Assembly (NCBI GenBank): GCA_977017645.1 | Contig: OZ360220.1 | Location: 191,766,001-191,830,000, forward strand | Reading direction: 5' to 3' | Length of the DNA: 64,000 bases | From: Torpedo marmorata | Lineage: Eukaryota | Shown here: positions 45,387-59,325 of the stretch, one piece after another | How the letters are laid out: the number at the start of each line of letters is the position of its first letter | Numbering within the stretch: position 1 is the first letter of the stretch | The notes under the pieces: generated by a model | The model's input: the letters and a program-made list of their open reading frames with translations, nothing else | What the model was told of the DNA's origin: nothing | Databases searched by the model: none | Translations under genes and position numbers: made by a program

Positions 45387-45632
45387 TGGCACAGTTAGCA
45401 TAGCAGTTAGTACAACACTATTACGGCACCAGGGACCCAGGTTGGAATCCGCTGCTGTCTGTAAGAAGTTTGTATGTTCTCCCCATGACCTGCGTGGGTT
45501 TCCTCCGGGTGCTCTGGTATCCATTCACAATCCAAAGATGTGCAGGGTTGGTAGGTTATTTGGTCACATGGGTGTAATTGGGCAGCGCAGGCATATGGGC
45601 CAGAAGGCCTGTTACTACACTGGGTCTCTGAA
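45387..45632 (+). mobile_element. HE1-like tRNA-derived SINE
   Basis: ggcacagttagcatagcagttag..ggttggaatcc..gtttgtatgttctcccc..ggccagaaggcctgttact; same family as 35978-36212. Confidence 0.75.
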
Positions 45633-47836
45633 TTAAAAATTAAATTAATTTCAACAAAAATTACAGGGAAATCCCAAAGGGAAACAGGCCTAGAGTTGGA
45701 CAAATTGTTTCTCAGCCAGCAGGGATACAATAGGCAGAAGGGCCTCCAGTTAGTCCATCAATTTCTGACCTTGAGCCCTTCTGTCTTTTCAGCTCTGTTC
45801 CAGGAGGAACAGTAAGAACCATCTCCATCTATCCTTTGGCAAAATTTAAAGAAACTGGCCTTTTGTTTGACGGAAGATCAATTCCTGTGGATTTTAGAAA
45901 ATTTGTCTTGAAGTTGTATTTTTCTCTTTTTACCTCTACAAACAGTTGGCATCCTTTCATTGATTCTGGTCTTATTCATCACCCAGAAGTCCATACCTGC
46001 ACTGGTTCGCCCAGGCTTACTGATGTCTGTGCTCATCTTGGGCCTTTGAGAAGCAAAGAAAAATATCCACTATTTCCTCAGTGGAAAATTGACTTCAATT
46101 TTTAGTTACCACTTGATATGCAAAGGTACAGATTTACATCATTTTTTTTTTAACTTTGGTTTTAACAGAAGAATTTTTGTAACAAGTCCAGTAGAAATGA
46201 TCATTTGGGAAAATTTAGCTAATAGAACATGTTTTGCTTTCTATTGCATAACGTATTTCTCCAACTCTTAATCTCTAACAACAGATTTCCAACCCAAATG
46301 TATTGTGTATCACTAAACCCCCTTTAATAGGACCTTTAAAACTTACTGTCAATCTCTCCTGTCAAATTTGGTTAAGATAGGGCTCATGTGAAATAATGTT
46401 GACTCTGCTCTGTTCTAAATGATCTCTCTCTCTAACTCTGCACTCTGTAATGTGTTTTTTTGTTGCTCTAATATGCATGTGTTGACTACCTGGATTGCAC
46501 ACTAAAACTTTCTCACTGTACCTCAGTACACGTCATGAAAAACGTGAATTGAATGTGAAGCTCTTCAGGATATTTTCCTGTATTAATGATTCCATACAAA
46601 TGCAAATGCTTCTTGTCTCCTTTTAGTACAAGCAATGGAAACTAGGCCTCTCTTCCTAAATATTGATGGATGAGTGAAAGAACAAACATGGGAAGTTTCC
46701 CAAAACACAAGCATAGCTTCACAAGAGCTCTGAATGGCCTCCATATTTACTTAAACCAGTATGGCCTGCCTTAGGGGAGATGGTGATCTGGAAGTTGCTG
46801 GGAAGCCCCATTGTTACTCAGATATTTTCCATCACTTCTCAGCTTGAAATGTTTTGGTCTGTAACTTACTGGAAATGGAAACTGATTGTGGCCAAATAAG
46901 GTCAATGAGACATCTGAGACCACAGTGAACGACAGAACCAATGGTGCATCACCATAACTAGTCAGATTTAAAGACTGGGAGCAAAACAATGACAGAAAGT
47001 GGGTGAATCAGAATCAAGTTAGGCACAGAAAGAGAAATAAAGAGAAAGAAAGAAAAAGAGCACTGAAGGAAAAAGGGAAACATCAAATAAAACTTAAATC
47101 TAATATATTTCACAAAACTTCATGTGATTTTCCCAATATTTAATGCCTGGGATCTTCTCAGCCTTTTCCAATACTTGAGAAAACAGATCGGGTTGCTCAC
47201 ATGTACCACAAACTGCATAATGTTAGATCTGTCTTGATAACTTCCTGTTTGAAATGAACAAGCTATGTTTTCTCTTGATACCCAGTGGTCATACAAGGAT
47301 ACAAGAGAGGCAATGACACGTCAGGTTGCAGGAAGCGCCACTCCCCACAGAGGTGATGTACCCTCCATCCAACACTCATATCAGATGAAGTCTGGACATA
47401 TCTGCCAGTAAATTCTGAAGCTGGAAACCAGTGAAAGGAGCAGATATCCAATGGCTTCTATGGAGCCTGATCCACCTCCTGGTTTATCCTTTTCTTTGAT
47501 GATGTTCAGATAGAAGGATATCTCGAATAGCTTCCCATCCCTCAATTTCACCGTTAATTCACAAGAAAACAAGAAATAGGAGCAGGAGTAGACAATCTGG
47601 TCCATCGAGCCTGCTTCACTGTTCAATAAGATCATGGCTGATCTGGCTATGGACTCAATTCCACTGACCCGCCTGTTCCCCATAACTCGTCGTTCTCCTA
47701 TTTTTCTAAATTCTATCTATCTATATCTTAAATACATTTAATGAGGCAGCCTCTTCTGCTTCCTTGGGTAGAGAATTCCATGGATTCACTATTCTCCGGG
47801 AGAAGCAGTTCCTCCTGATCTCCTCCCCTGAATCTT

Positions 47837-50800
47837 TAAAAAAAAAAGTTTATATTTCATTTTCAAGAAAAGTCCACAATATAAACAAAAAATATTCAGT
47901 TTCAAATTATACACAACATTATTATTAAACTCTCCCTCCCTCCCCCAACTAAAAAGAACAAACATTTAAAAAATAAAACATACAGAAAAAAAGGAAAAAG
48001 AAAATTAAAAACTAAACGTACCGTTGGTGCTTACATTGATTTTTCAACCTTCTTGGAGGCGTCACACCATTAAATATTTATACATTACATTGTACTGTAC
48101 TTTAGGGTTTAAATTATAACTGGACACCAATATACTCTTGGTATAGTTGCCACACCTTGACAAATGTATCATATTAATTCCTAAGATTATATGTGATAAA
48201 TAAATGAATCTTTTAGAGAATATTATCAGAATTTATATACCTCTCAGATTGATCATGATGATACAAAAATTAATAGATTTTTATCCAAAATTACATTACC
48301 TAGATTAAATAATTTTAATAGAGATATGTTAGATTTACCTATTACAATGAGAGAAGTAGTTGAAGCTTTATTGACATTGAAAAGTCGTAAATCTCCTGGT
48401 GATGATGGATTTCCGATAGAGTTTTATAAGGAGTTTAAAGATTTATTGATACCTATATATATGGAAGTATTGACTCAAATTAAGGAAACTCATTTATTAC
48501 CGAAAACGTTTTGAATGCTATTATTACAGTTATACCAAAGAAAGATAGAGATGTATTAAAAACTGAGTCATACAGACCTATATCATTGTTGAATGTAGAT
48601 TACAAAATAATGGCAAATTTTTGACAAATAGATTAGCTAAGTATTTACCGATTTTAATACATTCAGATCAAGCAGGATTTATTAAAAATAGATATTCGAA
48701 AGATAATATAGCAAGATTAATAAGTTTAATTAATTTGCAAAAAAGGAAACAAGATTTGCCGTTGGTGATAATATTAGACGCAGAAAAAGCATTTGATAGA
48801 TTAGAATGGAATTTTTTATTTAAGGTCTTAGAGAAATATGGATTTGGGAATACTTTTATAAATTGGATTAAAACTATATATAAAGAACCTACAGCTAGAG
48901 TAATTACAAATGGTCAGATATCATCTAAATTCCCCTTGATGAGGTCAACAAGACAAGGATGCCCTTTATCACCTGCTTTATTTGTATTGGCAATAGAACC
49001 GTTGGCTGAAATGATTAGGAAAGATATTAATATAAATGGGATTAAAGTAGGTACAGAAGAGCATAAAATTAGTCTATTTGCAGATGATGTATTAATATAT
49101 ATGACGAAATCTATTGTATCGCTTCAACAATTAGCTAAGATATTGAGGGAGTATGGTGAGATATCTGGTTATAAAATAAATTCGGATAAGAGTGAAATAA
49201 TGGCTTTATCTCAAGGAGATTATACTAAATGCAAAGAAGTTACAGGATTTAAATGGGCTAAAGAAGGAATTAAATATTTGGGAGTTAAAGTAGATACAAA
49301 ATTGGAAAATTTATATAAATTAAATTATACACTTTTATTTAAGAAAATAAAGAAAGATTTGGAGAATTGGAAAGATTTACCTATAACTTTAATGGGAAGA
49401 GTGAATTGCATTAAAATGAATATTTTTCCAAGAATTCAATATCTTTTTCAATCTATTCCTTTTGGAATTCCTCAAAAATTTTTTAAAGATTTAAAAATTA
49501 TTATTAGGAAATTTTTATGGAAGGGAAAATTAGCGAGAGTAAGTATGGATAAATTAACTTGGAATTATGAGATGGGTGGATTACAACTCCCCAATTTTCA
49601 ATATTATTATAAGGCAGCTCAATTAAAGTTTATTAATGAATTTTTTGATTTAACTAAATCTACTGCTTGGATTAATATAGAATTGAATAATATAGGGGAG
49701 AGATATAAAGAAGATATTATTTATAAATGGAATTCTAAATTATTATTAGTTAAAAAGAAAAATTCACCGATTATTAAACATTTGTTGGAAATTTGGACAC
49801 AGTTAGACAATGAGATAGGACGAAAAGGGTTATTATCTCCAAATACGCCATTGTATCAGAATTTATTATTACCTTTTTCTATTGATAATCAATTTTTAAA
49901 ATTATGGTTTCAAAAAGGAATTAAGAAGATTAAAGATTGTTTTGAGGCTGGAAGATTTGTTACATTTTCCAGGCTGAAAGAAAAATTTGGAATATTGGAT
50001 AATACAATTTTAGCTTATTATCAGGTTAGAGGATTTTTAGTTGAGAAATTGGGGAATCAATTAATAGCTCCAAGACAGGATGGATTAGAATTATTAATTA
50101 CTAATGGAAATGTTAACAAATTTATATCACAAATGTATAAATTACTTCAGAGAAAAATGCCTAAGGTAGGATTTCATAAATCAAGATTAAGTTGGGAATC
50201 AGACTTAAATATTAATATAGATGAAAAACATTGGAAAGATTTATGTAAATTGAGTATGACTAAAATTATTAATGTTAGGTATAGATTACTACAATATAAT
50301 TTTTTTCATCAATTATATTTAACACCTAAAAAATTAAAGAAATTTAATCCGGCATTATCAGATATGTGTTTTAGATATAAGGATGAAATTGGTTCGTTTG
50401 TTCATTCAACATGGTTATGTTCTAAAATTAAGGACTTTTGGTCTAAAGTTAAAGATTTTTTGGATAGAATTTTTAATATTACGGTTCCAATGGACCCTAT
50501 GTTATTTTTATTTGGAGATATTAAAAAATTTAGTATTAGAAATAGATTGAATATGTATCAAATAGAATTTTTGCGAATTGTTTTAGCGGTTTCAAAAAAA
50601 TGTATTGCTATTACTTGAAAATCAGATTTAGATTTGAATTTAGATAGATTACATGCAGAATTACGTTCTTGTATACCATTGGAAAAAATTACATATAATT
50701 TACGTAATAAATATCATTTCTTTTTGAAAATTTGGAGCCCATATATGAGAATTATGGGTATGAATTAATTCTCTAGAAGTCGGCTCCACTGGCAAAACTA

Positions 50801-53800
50801 ACCTCCAATATATAAATAGAATTAGCTTGTAATTTGTTTTCTCCTCACTTTAATTCTTTAATTCTTTATTATTCAATTCTTTTCTTTTTTTTTCTTTATA
50901 ACTAATATTCTTTTTTTTTTAGAATAGTGCTGGGGGGGTTGGGGAGGGGAGGGGGGGAGGAAATATATCACATGTACTTGGAATGATATATTATTTTTGA
51001 TTTATGTATTTTGTGATTTTAAAATTTAAATAAAATTATATTAAAAAAAAAAAAAAAGATTATATGTGATTTTCTCCATAGGAATACAGCTGCGCATTTC
51101 TGCTGACCATCGAGTGATAAGAAGGGGGGAGTCGGACTTTCAAGTGACTGCTATGCATTTTTTTGCTACGGACAAAGCAACTAGCACAAATTGAATTTGG
51201 AATTTAGATAATTTGTAGCTTATGTCCACTAAGTTTCCTAAGAGATACAACTCCGAGTCCAGTGGAAAGGCTACTCCCGTAATTCTGGTTAGTGTATTAG
51301 ATATATCATACCAAAAGGGTCTTACCTTTGCACAGGGCCAAGTGGAGTGCAGGAAAGTTCCAATTTCTCCATCACATCTGAAACACATTTCCGATATTTC
51401 AGATTTTGATTTGTGTAACTTTTGTGGTGTGAGATATAGTTGATGCAAGAAATTATACTGGACCAACCTGTATCTAGCATTAATAACCATTGTCATACTA
51501 TTCCTACACCAGTCTGACCAGCAACGCTCCTGAATTGTCGTACCCAGGTCCGACTCCCACCTCTCCCTCGATCTATGTATACCTGGCTTAGGGCTTTCGC
51601 CTTGGAGCACAAAGTACATTCTGGATATAAATTTGGGTGCATTTCCCAGTTGAAGTAATTTTTCTACCTCGTTGTTTGTTGGTGGAGTCATTGTAGGACC
51701 CCACCTTTCTCGCAGGAAGGATCTTAATTGGAGAGAAGAGTGAAAGGTTCCATTAGACAAATCATATTTATCTTTAAGTTGTTCAAAGGACATAAGCTGT
51801 CCATTATCATAACAATCTTCAATATACCAAATCCCCTTCTGATACCAAACATTCAATATTTTATTACCCAAATTCATGGGCATAAGTTCATTTTGAAACA
51901 GAGGTGTTTTGGGGGATATTCCCACTTTTCCTCCAATACACTCATTGATTTCTTGCCAAATTTTAATCATATGTTTCAGAATGGGGTTGTTTGTTCTTTT
52001 TGATATTAACTTAGTATTCCATTTGTAAATAAAGTCCTTAGCTATTTTCTCCCCTATAGTATTTAGTCCAATTTGGACCCATGGAAGGATATCACCCTCC
52101 TCAAAATAGGATGAGAGAAACCTCGACTGGGCTGCTAAGTAATACTTCTTAAAATCTGGTAATCGTAAACCCCCAATTTATAATCCCACGTCAGCTTTTT
52201 CATGGAGACTCTGGAAACTTTACCATTCCAGATGAACTGTCTTACATATCCATTGAGTGTTTTGAAAAAAGTTTGTGGCAAAGGGATAGGTAAAGATTGA
52301 AAAAGGTACTGCAATTTCGGCATCACCGTCATTTTGATACAATTAACCCTGACCACTAATGTGATGGGCAGGCTTCTCTATCTAAGTAAATCATCTTCAA
52401 TCATTCCAAGCACCTGGAGGTAATTGAGTTTATATAAATTCTGTAAATTATTATCAGTCATTATCCCTAGATACTTGATACCTTCTGGTTGCCATCTAGA
52501 GCGACTCCCCTGTTGATATTTTTTAAAATCAAATTTCGTCAGTGTCATGATTTCACTTTTGTCTAAATTTATTTTATATCCTGAAATCATACCGTAATCC
52601 TCCAGTGTAGTCTGCAATTTGGTCAAAGACTCAGCCGAGTCTGTTAGATATAACAATACATCATCTGCAAACAAGTTAATCTTGTGATCCACCTTGAATC
52701 CCTTTATTTCTGGATCCCTCCTGATAGCTTCCGCTAAAGGTTCAATTGCTAATACAAAAAGTCCTGGAGACAGTGGACAACCCTGCCTACTAGATCTATT
52801 CAGTGAGAATGCCGACGATATTTGCCCATTCGTTATAATTTTAGCCCGGGGTTTATAGTAAAGTGTTTTTACCCATTGGACAAATGATTGTCCCAGTCCG
52901 AACTTTTCAAGTACTTTAAATAAAAAAAGACCATTCCAGCCTATCAAAGGCTTTTTCTGCATCTAAAGACACGGCTATGCTCGGGTCTATTTTGGATTGT
53001 GCCAAATGTATTATACTAAATAGTCTACCCAAATTGTTATGGGTAGACACCAGAGTGTCTCCTCTTCACAAAGCTGACTTGATCCGGATTTATCAATTTT
53101 GGTAAATAATGACCCAATCTATTAGCTAATGCCTTAGCTATTATCTTATAATCAGCATTTAACAATGAAATAGGTCTATATGAAGATGGCTTTAGTGGAT
53201 CTCTATTTTTCTTAGGTATAACCGTAATAATAGCTGTTGAAAAGGATTCCGGGAGAGTCTGTGTCTCCGCTGCCCGGTTAACCACATCCATAATAAGGGG
53301 CATCAGAAGTTTATTAAATTCTCTGTAGAACTCAGGTGGGAAACCATCCTCCCCTGGTGATTTATTAGCTTGTAATTAACTCAAGGCTTCTTCGATCTCC
53401 TATCTGGAGAAAGGGGAGTTTAATTTTGTCTGATCGTGTTAGTCCAATCTGGGCAGATCAATCTTGGACAAAAATTCGTCTATCTTAGTTAAGTCTTTGG
53501 GTGACTCTGATTTATATAGTTCTGTATAGAACTGCTTGAAAATATCATTTATCTCTTTCGGGTTATGTGATATCTTGTCTGGTCCTAACTGAATCGCGTT
53601 AATTGTCCTTGATGTCTCTTCTGCCATCAATTGCCAAGACAAGACCTTATCGGCCCTTTCGCCTAGTTTATAATATTTTTGCTTCAATCTCAAAATAGCT
53701 TTCTCCACTTGATACGTTTGTAAAGTGTTATACTTAAGTTTCTTGTTTACCAGAATTTGGTATTTTTCCTTTGAGCCAGATTGTTGCTATTCCTTTTCCA

Positions 53801-56253
53801 ACTCTAGAATTTCTCGTTCTAATCATTTACTTCTGCCAAATATTTTTTCTTAACATTTTTAGTTTACGAAATTATTTGCCCCCTCAAATAAGCCTTCAAA
53901 GTAATCCCATATTAAAAAGCTATTATTAGTAGAGGGGCAATTTGTTTCACAAAACAAATTTATCTGACCCCTTATAAAATTACAAAAATGTGTCCTTTTC
54001 AACAGCGTAGAATTAAGGCACCATCTATATGCGCTAGTCTGTTTTTCTGGCATAACTATGGATAAAATCAAAGGTGCATGATCTGATAATAGTCTAGCAA
54101 TATATTCTGATTTGATCACTCTGCCTTCCAACTGTGCCGACATTAAAAAAGTAGTCAATTCTAGTATAGGAATCATGGGGCTTAGAATAAAAGGAGTAAT
54201 CTCTGGCTTGTGGGTGCAACCATCTCCAGGCGTCCATTAAATTTAAATCTTTCATAAAGGCCAGAGTGGTTTTAGCCGCCCTGACCTTTGTTACTGTCTT
54301 TGCAGACTTGTCCAGAATGGGATCCAGGCAAAAGTTAAAATCCCCTCCCATTAACACATTCTGTCTCCCCCCTGCCATCTTCAGAAATATATCTTGCATA
54401 AAAGTCTCATCATCAAAATTTGGTGCGTAGAGGTTCAGAAGTGTCCAGGGTTCCGAATAAATTTGACAATGTATCTATCATCACAAATCTCCCAGCTGAG
54501 TCAATAACCGTATCCTCCACTGCCACAGGAACATTTTTATTTATTAAAATAGCCACCCCCCTAGGCTTGGAATTGAAAGAAGTCCCACCCATTCCCTCTT
54601 CAATTTGTTATGTTCTTTATTCGTAAAATGAGTTTCCTGTAAAAAAACTATATCCGCCTGTATTTTTATAGGTGTGCCAAAACTCTTTTCCTTTTTATGG
54701 GTCCATTTAATCCATTAACATTAAAACTAATAAATTTTATAGTCTTATTCATTATAATATTCACACAATATCATAGTGTTTTCATAACCCCTTCGTACAT
54801 TTCTTCCCCGGTGTGCGTTCTCCATTATAAGATGACTCATATGTTTCCCCTGCACTGACGGTGACATAAACAGAAAACCCCAAAAGCCTGCGAAAAAAGA
54901 TTGCGAAGCAAAAAGAAACTCCCTCCCCTTTACTCCATCGCCGTCCTGCAAAACGACTCCTCCCCTGGCGCCATCAACCCCCTTAAACCGGGGTACATCG
55001 TGCCCACCCTACCATAATACCCTAGCCACTCTCGGGCTCCCCTTATATCTTTATAATGTTCTCTTAAAATGAAAACGAGCAAAAATGAACCCAACATTCC
55101 CGCAACATAATATAACTCAACTCAACATCCCTTTTACAAAACTTGAACATCATTATCCCCTTTACCCAACGTCTCATTGTGCTTCCTTGGATATTTTCAA
55201 TCTTTGCTTCTTCTCATCCAGATCTGATCTTAAGATCTCCCCTGGAGACCCAGGACAAAGTCTTCCGCCTCCCGGGGTGTAATGAAGAACTTGCTCACGC
55301 CCTCCTGCGACTCCAGCCTCAGCGTCGCGGGGTAGAGCATTGCATACCAGATGTTCCTTGTTCTCAGTTGCCTATTCACCGCATCATACTCCTTCCGACG
55401 CTTCACCAAGGCCGCACTCAGGTCCTGAAAAAAAAATCTTGTCTCCCTCGGTCTCAATGGGTCCGCCCGTTTCTTTGGCGCGTGCTGCCGCCACTCACAG
55501 GATCTCCTCCCTATACTGGTAGCTCAACAAGCGTACCAGAACCAGTCGCGGTCGCTGATCTGGCGCCCTCAGGGGGCCGAGGGTCCGATGGGCTCTCTCC
55601 ACCATCAAAGGTTTTTTAAATCTCTCTTGTCCCAGAACCTCTGGGATCCATCTTTCGAAGAATCCCACCGGGTCTTTTCCCTCAACACCTTCTTTCACTC
55701 CAATTATTCTTAACGTTAGTCCTTCTGCTGAAGTTCTCCATATGATCAAGTTTTCTGAGGATCTCCCTTTTCTCTCTTTGCCAGGCATCAGTGTTATTTT
55801 CCAGGCTTCCCAGCCTGTCTTGCATCTTCTCCGTTGCCTGTTCAACCTTCTCCACACGGCAGGTCAGAACCGCCATCGAGCCTTTAAGCTCTTTGATTCC
55901 ATCCAGCACCTCCTTAAGCCAAGCTTCCACTCTTTCAAATCTGCTGGCCAGGTCTCCAACAACCTCCGATGTATTTGGGGATGTGTGTGTCGACTCCCCA
56001 CTCGCCTTCTTCTTTGCCAGCGCCATTGCAGAGGCTTCCACTTCGCTGTTCTCTTGTGGAGCTCCAGTTGACAAATCTGTTGATTTGGGAGATCCTCCTG
56101 CAGCCAAAAGTTGGGACTTGTTTTTCATTCCCATTATATTTTCATTTTTGGCTTTAAATCCACAAACTGGGTAATTTAACTCATTTTAAATCAACTTTAA
56201 ATGGAGAGCCCAAGAGTCCACGTCCTTCTCGCTGCTCCGCATCACATGTCTCC
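47837..56253 (-). mobile_element. Full-length degenerate L1 LINE (~5.5 kb without its nested insert)
   Basis: 17-bp TSD CTCCTCCCCTGAATCTT (47820-47836, 56254-56270); ORF1 pieces 55230-56134 (ENFSRR, VERAHR, FFQDLS, LYPATLR); ORF2 pieces from ~54770 down (GGDFN, SDH, RQGCPLSP, LFADD). Confidence 0.9.
48198..51055 (+). mobile_element. 5'-truncated AT-rich L1 nested in the minus-strand L1
   Basis: 15-bp TSD AAGATTATATGTGAT (48183-48197, 51056-51070); poly(A) tail; ORF2 fragment 48621-50618 (LDAEKAFD, RQGCPLSP, LFADD) with stops and frameshifts. Confidence 0.92.
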
Positions 56254-56650
56254 CTCCTCCCCTGAATCTTGAGGCTAAATTAGCATCAAAAAAGATTGTA
56301 GGTTCAAATCCCACTCTGGAGATATGATGGTGTGGTGTTCCCATTGTAATATTGAAGGAATGCTGTCCATTGAATGACACTGTCCACCCATTCAGGGAAG
56401 ACCCAATAGCTATCTTCAATGTTCTGGCTGACATTGTTCCCTCAACCAAAAGCATTGAAATTGTTTATCTTCTCATTATCAATTTGCTGGTGGGGAAAAT
56501 TGTTTGCTGCAGAATTTCTAAATAAATATAATTCTTCATACATAGATCTCATTGCTGAGGAACAGCCAACATTTATTACCCATCTCTTTTTATCCTTAAA
56601 GAAATGCTTTCCAGAAGTAATGTAGTCAATGCCATGAAGGTACTTACATA

Positions 56651-57383
56651 CCGTATATATTCATGTAATAGTCAACTTTTGGGGACCAATTTTTCGGGTC
56701 AAATTTGCGGGCTCAACTTTTACACAGATACTACTTTTGACTGCGGTAAGTACCTGTATCGTTCAAGGTGTCGGAAGCTCGGATGGTCGGGATTGGGTGG
56801 TAGTCCGCATTCAGGGCGTCGGGAGCTCTAATGGGCGGACTGCCGAGGTGAGGATCTGCAGTTGGGGCGTTGGGAGGTCTGTGGGTGGGCAGCTGTGGCG
56901 AGCATCCGTGGTCCGGCATCGGGAGCTCTGGTGGACGGGCGGCCAGGATGATGATTTGCGGTCAGGGCATCAGGAGCTCAGATGGGCGGGCGGTCGGGGT
57001 GAGGATCCATGCTCGGGGCGTCGGGGGCTCAGATGGGTGGGCAGCGAGGTGAGGGTTCGCAGTCGCGGCGTTGGAGCTCCGATGGGCGGGCAGTCGGGGC
57101 GTCGGGAGCTCGGATGGGTGGGCGGCCGGGGCGAGGGCTTGCAGTCGCGGTGTCGGGAGCTCGGAATGGCGGGTGGCCGGGGTGAGGGTTCACGGTCAGG
57201 GTGTCAGGAGCTCGGATGGGCGGGCGGCCGGGGTGAGGATCCGCAGTCGGGGTGTCGAGAAGTCGGATGGGCGGGCGGTCGAGGCCAAAAATAGGGGGGG
57301 TCGACTTTTACATGGGATATAAGGAAAATACTCAATTTCTGGGCATAAAAAGGGGGGATTGACTTTTACACGAGTATATATGG
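56651..57383. mobile_element. Tc1/mariner (pogo/Tigger-like) MITE with internal GC-rich minisatellite (~56765-57282)
   Basis: TA-flanked ~25-bp imperfect TIRs ccgtatatattcatgtaatagtcaa / ttgacttttacacgagtatatatgg; internal ~50-bp units with gggagctcggatgggcgggcgg. Confidence 0.8.
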
Positions 57384-57719
57384 TAGTGCTGTTTGACAGG
57401 AAGTTCCAAGGTTTTAATACAGCGACAATGAAGTTAAGCCAATATAGATTCACATCTCTGTGTTTGGTGGTGCAGTGTTTAAGGTTTTCTACTAATAATT
57501 CAGAGCCCTGAATTGATGATGCAAACACCCCAATAACTGCTGGGGCATTTAATTTCAGTAAATTAAATCAAATAGGATTTAAAAATCCAATATTAGTAAA
57601 GGTAGTTATAAAACTACAGATGGAAAACTCATTAGGTTCACTAACACCCCTCAGGGAAATAAAATGTAGTACATCTATACTGGATCCCAACGAGCTCTAG
57701 CTAAAACAGATCCTTGGAT

Positions 57720-59325
57720 TTCAGAATCAGAATCAGAATTTATTGTCATGAACAAGTCATGAAATTCGGTGTTTTGCGGCAGCATCATCGTGCAAACATT
57801 CGTATTATAACCATCTTACGACATTACTATAAAAATATATAAATAATAGTGCACGAAAAGTAAGTCAGTGTCTTTGGTTCATTGATTATTCAGGAATCTG
57901 ATGGCAGTGGTGAAGAAGCTGTCCTTGTGCCGTTGAGTGCTCGTCTTTAAACTCCTGTAACTTTTTCCCAATGGTAGCAGAGTGAAGAGGGCATGGCCTG
58001 GGTGGTGGGGGTCTTTGAGGACAGAGGCTGCTTTTTTAAGACACCGCCTCATGTAGATGTCCTCGATGGAGTGAAGTCTGGTGCCTGTGATGTCACAGGC
58101 CGAGTTAACAACCCTCTGGAGTTTATTCTTGTCCTGAGAGTTGGCGCCTTCATACCAGGCAGTGATGCAACCAGCCAGAATGCTCTCCACGGTACACCTG
58201 TAGAAGTTTACGAGAGTCTTCGATGACATACCGAATCTCCTCAGACACCTCACAAAGTATAGCCACTGGCGAGCCTTCTTTGTGATTGCATCAACGTGGA
58301 GGCTCCAGTACAGATCCTCGGAGATATTGACACCCAGGAATTTGAAGTTATTGACCCTCTCCACAACTGAGCCCTCGATGAGGACTGGGTCGTGTTCCCC
58401 TGACTTCCTCCTGAAGTCCACAATCATTTCCTTGGTTTTGCTGACGTTGAGCGCAAGGTTGTTGTCGTTACACCATTCAACGAGCTGATCTATCTCCCTC
58501 CTGTACGCTTCCTCATTGCCGTTTGTGATTCTGCCGACAACTGTGGTGTCATCGGCAAACTTGTAGATGGCATTGGAATTGTGCCTGACCACACAGTCAT
58601 GGGTGTATAACGAGCCGAGCTGTAGTCGATGAAGAGCAGCCGTATGTATGAATTGCTGTTTTCGAGGTGATCCAGAACTGAGTGGAGAGCCAGCGATATT
58701 GCATCTGCTGTGGAGCGATTGTGACATTAGGCGAATTGTAGTGGGTCCAGATCTTTGCTTAGGTACGTGTTAATTCTGGCCATGACCAGCCTCTCAAAGC
58801 ATTTCATCACAGTAGAAGTTAGTGCTACTGGGCGGTAGTCGTTGAGGCAGCTCACACTGCTCTTCTTGGGTACACCGGGATGATTGATGCCCTTTTGAAG
58901 CAGGTGGGAACCACTGACTGCCGCAATGAGAGGTTGAAAATGTCCGTGAACACTCCAGCTAATTGGTTGGCGCAGATTTTCAGTACCCTGCCAGGTGCGC
59001 CGTCAGGGCCTGACGCCTTGCGTCACCCTCTTGAATGATGTTCTGACGTCGCCCTCAGGGTCCTCAGCCTTTTCAGGGATTCTTGTAGGCACTGTTTGGT
59101 TCTTCTTCTCAAAGCGGGCATAGAAGGTGTTCAGCTCATCGGGTAGTGAAGCATCACGGCCGTCTATAGTGTTCGCCCTCGCTTTGTAGGCTGTAATGGC
59201 CTGCACTCCCTGCCATAGCAGGCGTGTATCTGTCTCTGTCTCTAGCTTCCTCCAGAATTGCCACTTTGCTTCAGAGATGGCCTTCCGCAGGTCGTGTCTG
59301 GACTTCTTGTAAAGATCCTGCCCTG
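57720..59325 (-). mobile_element. 5'-truncated Rex1/Babar LINE with internal deletion
   Basis: ORF 57879-58727 ([19 protein letters not shown]) near-identical to the copies at 21250 and 33815; (attctg)n tail. Confidence 0.9.

Noticed and set aside
45387-45470. tRNA gene
   Set aside because: A/B boxes continue into a SINE body and tail; no complete cloverleaf.
56280-56520. Possible old Deu-domain (SacSINE-like) SINE remnants, also ~3300-3410 and ~60780-60890
   Set aside because: Resemblance from memory only and too degenerate to set boundaries.
56737-57294. 185-aa Gly/Arg-rich ORF
   Set aside because: Stop-free reading of a GC-rich minisatellite inside a MITE.
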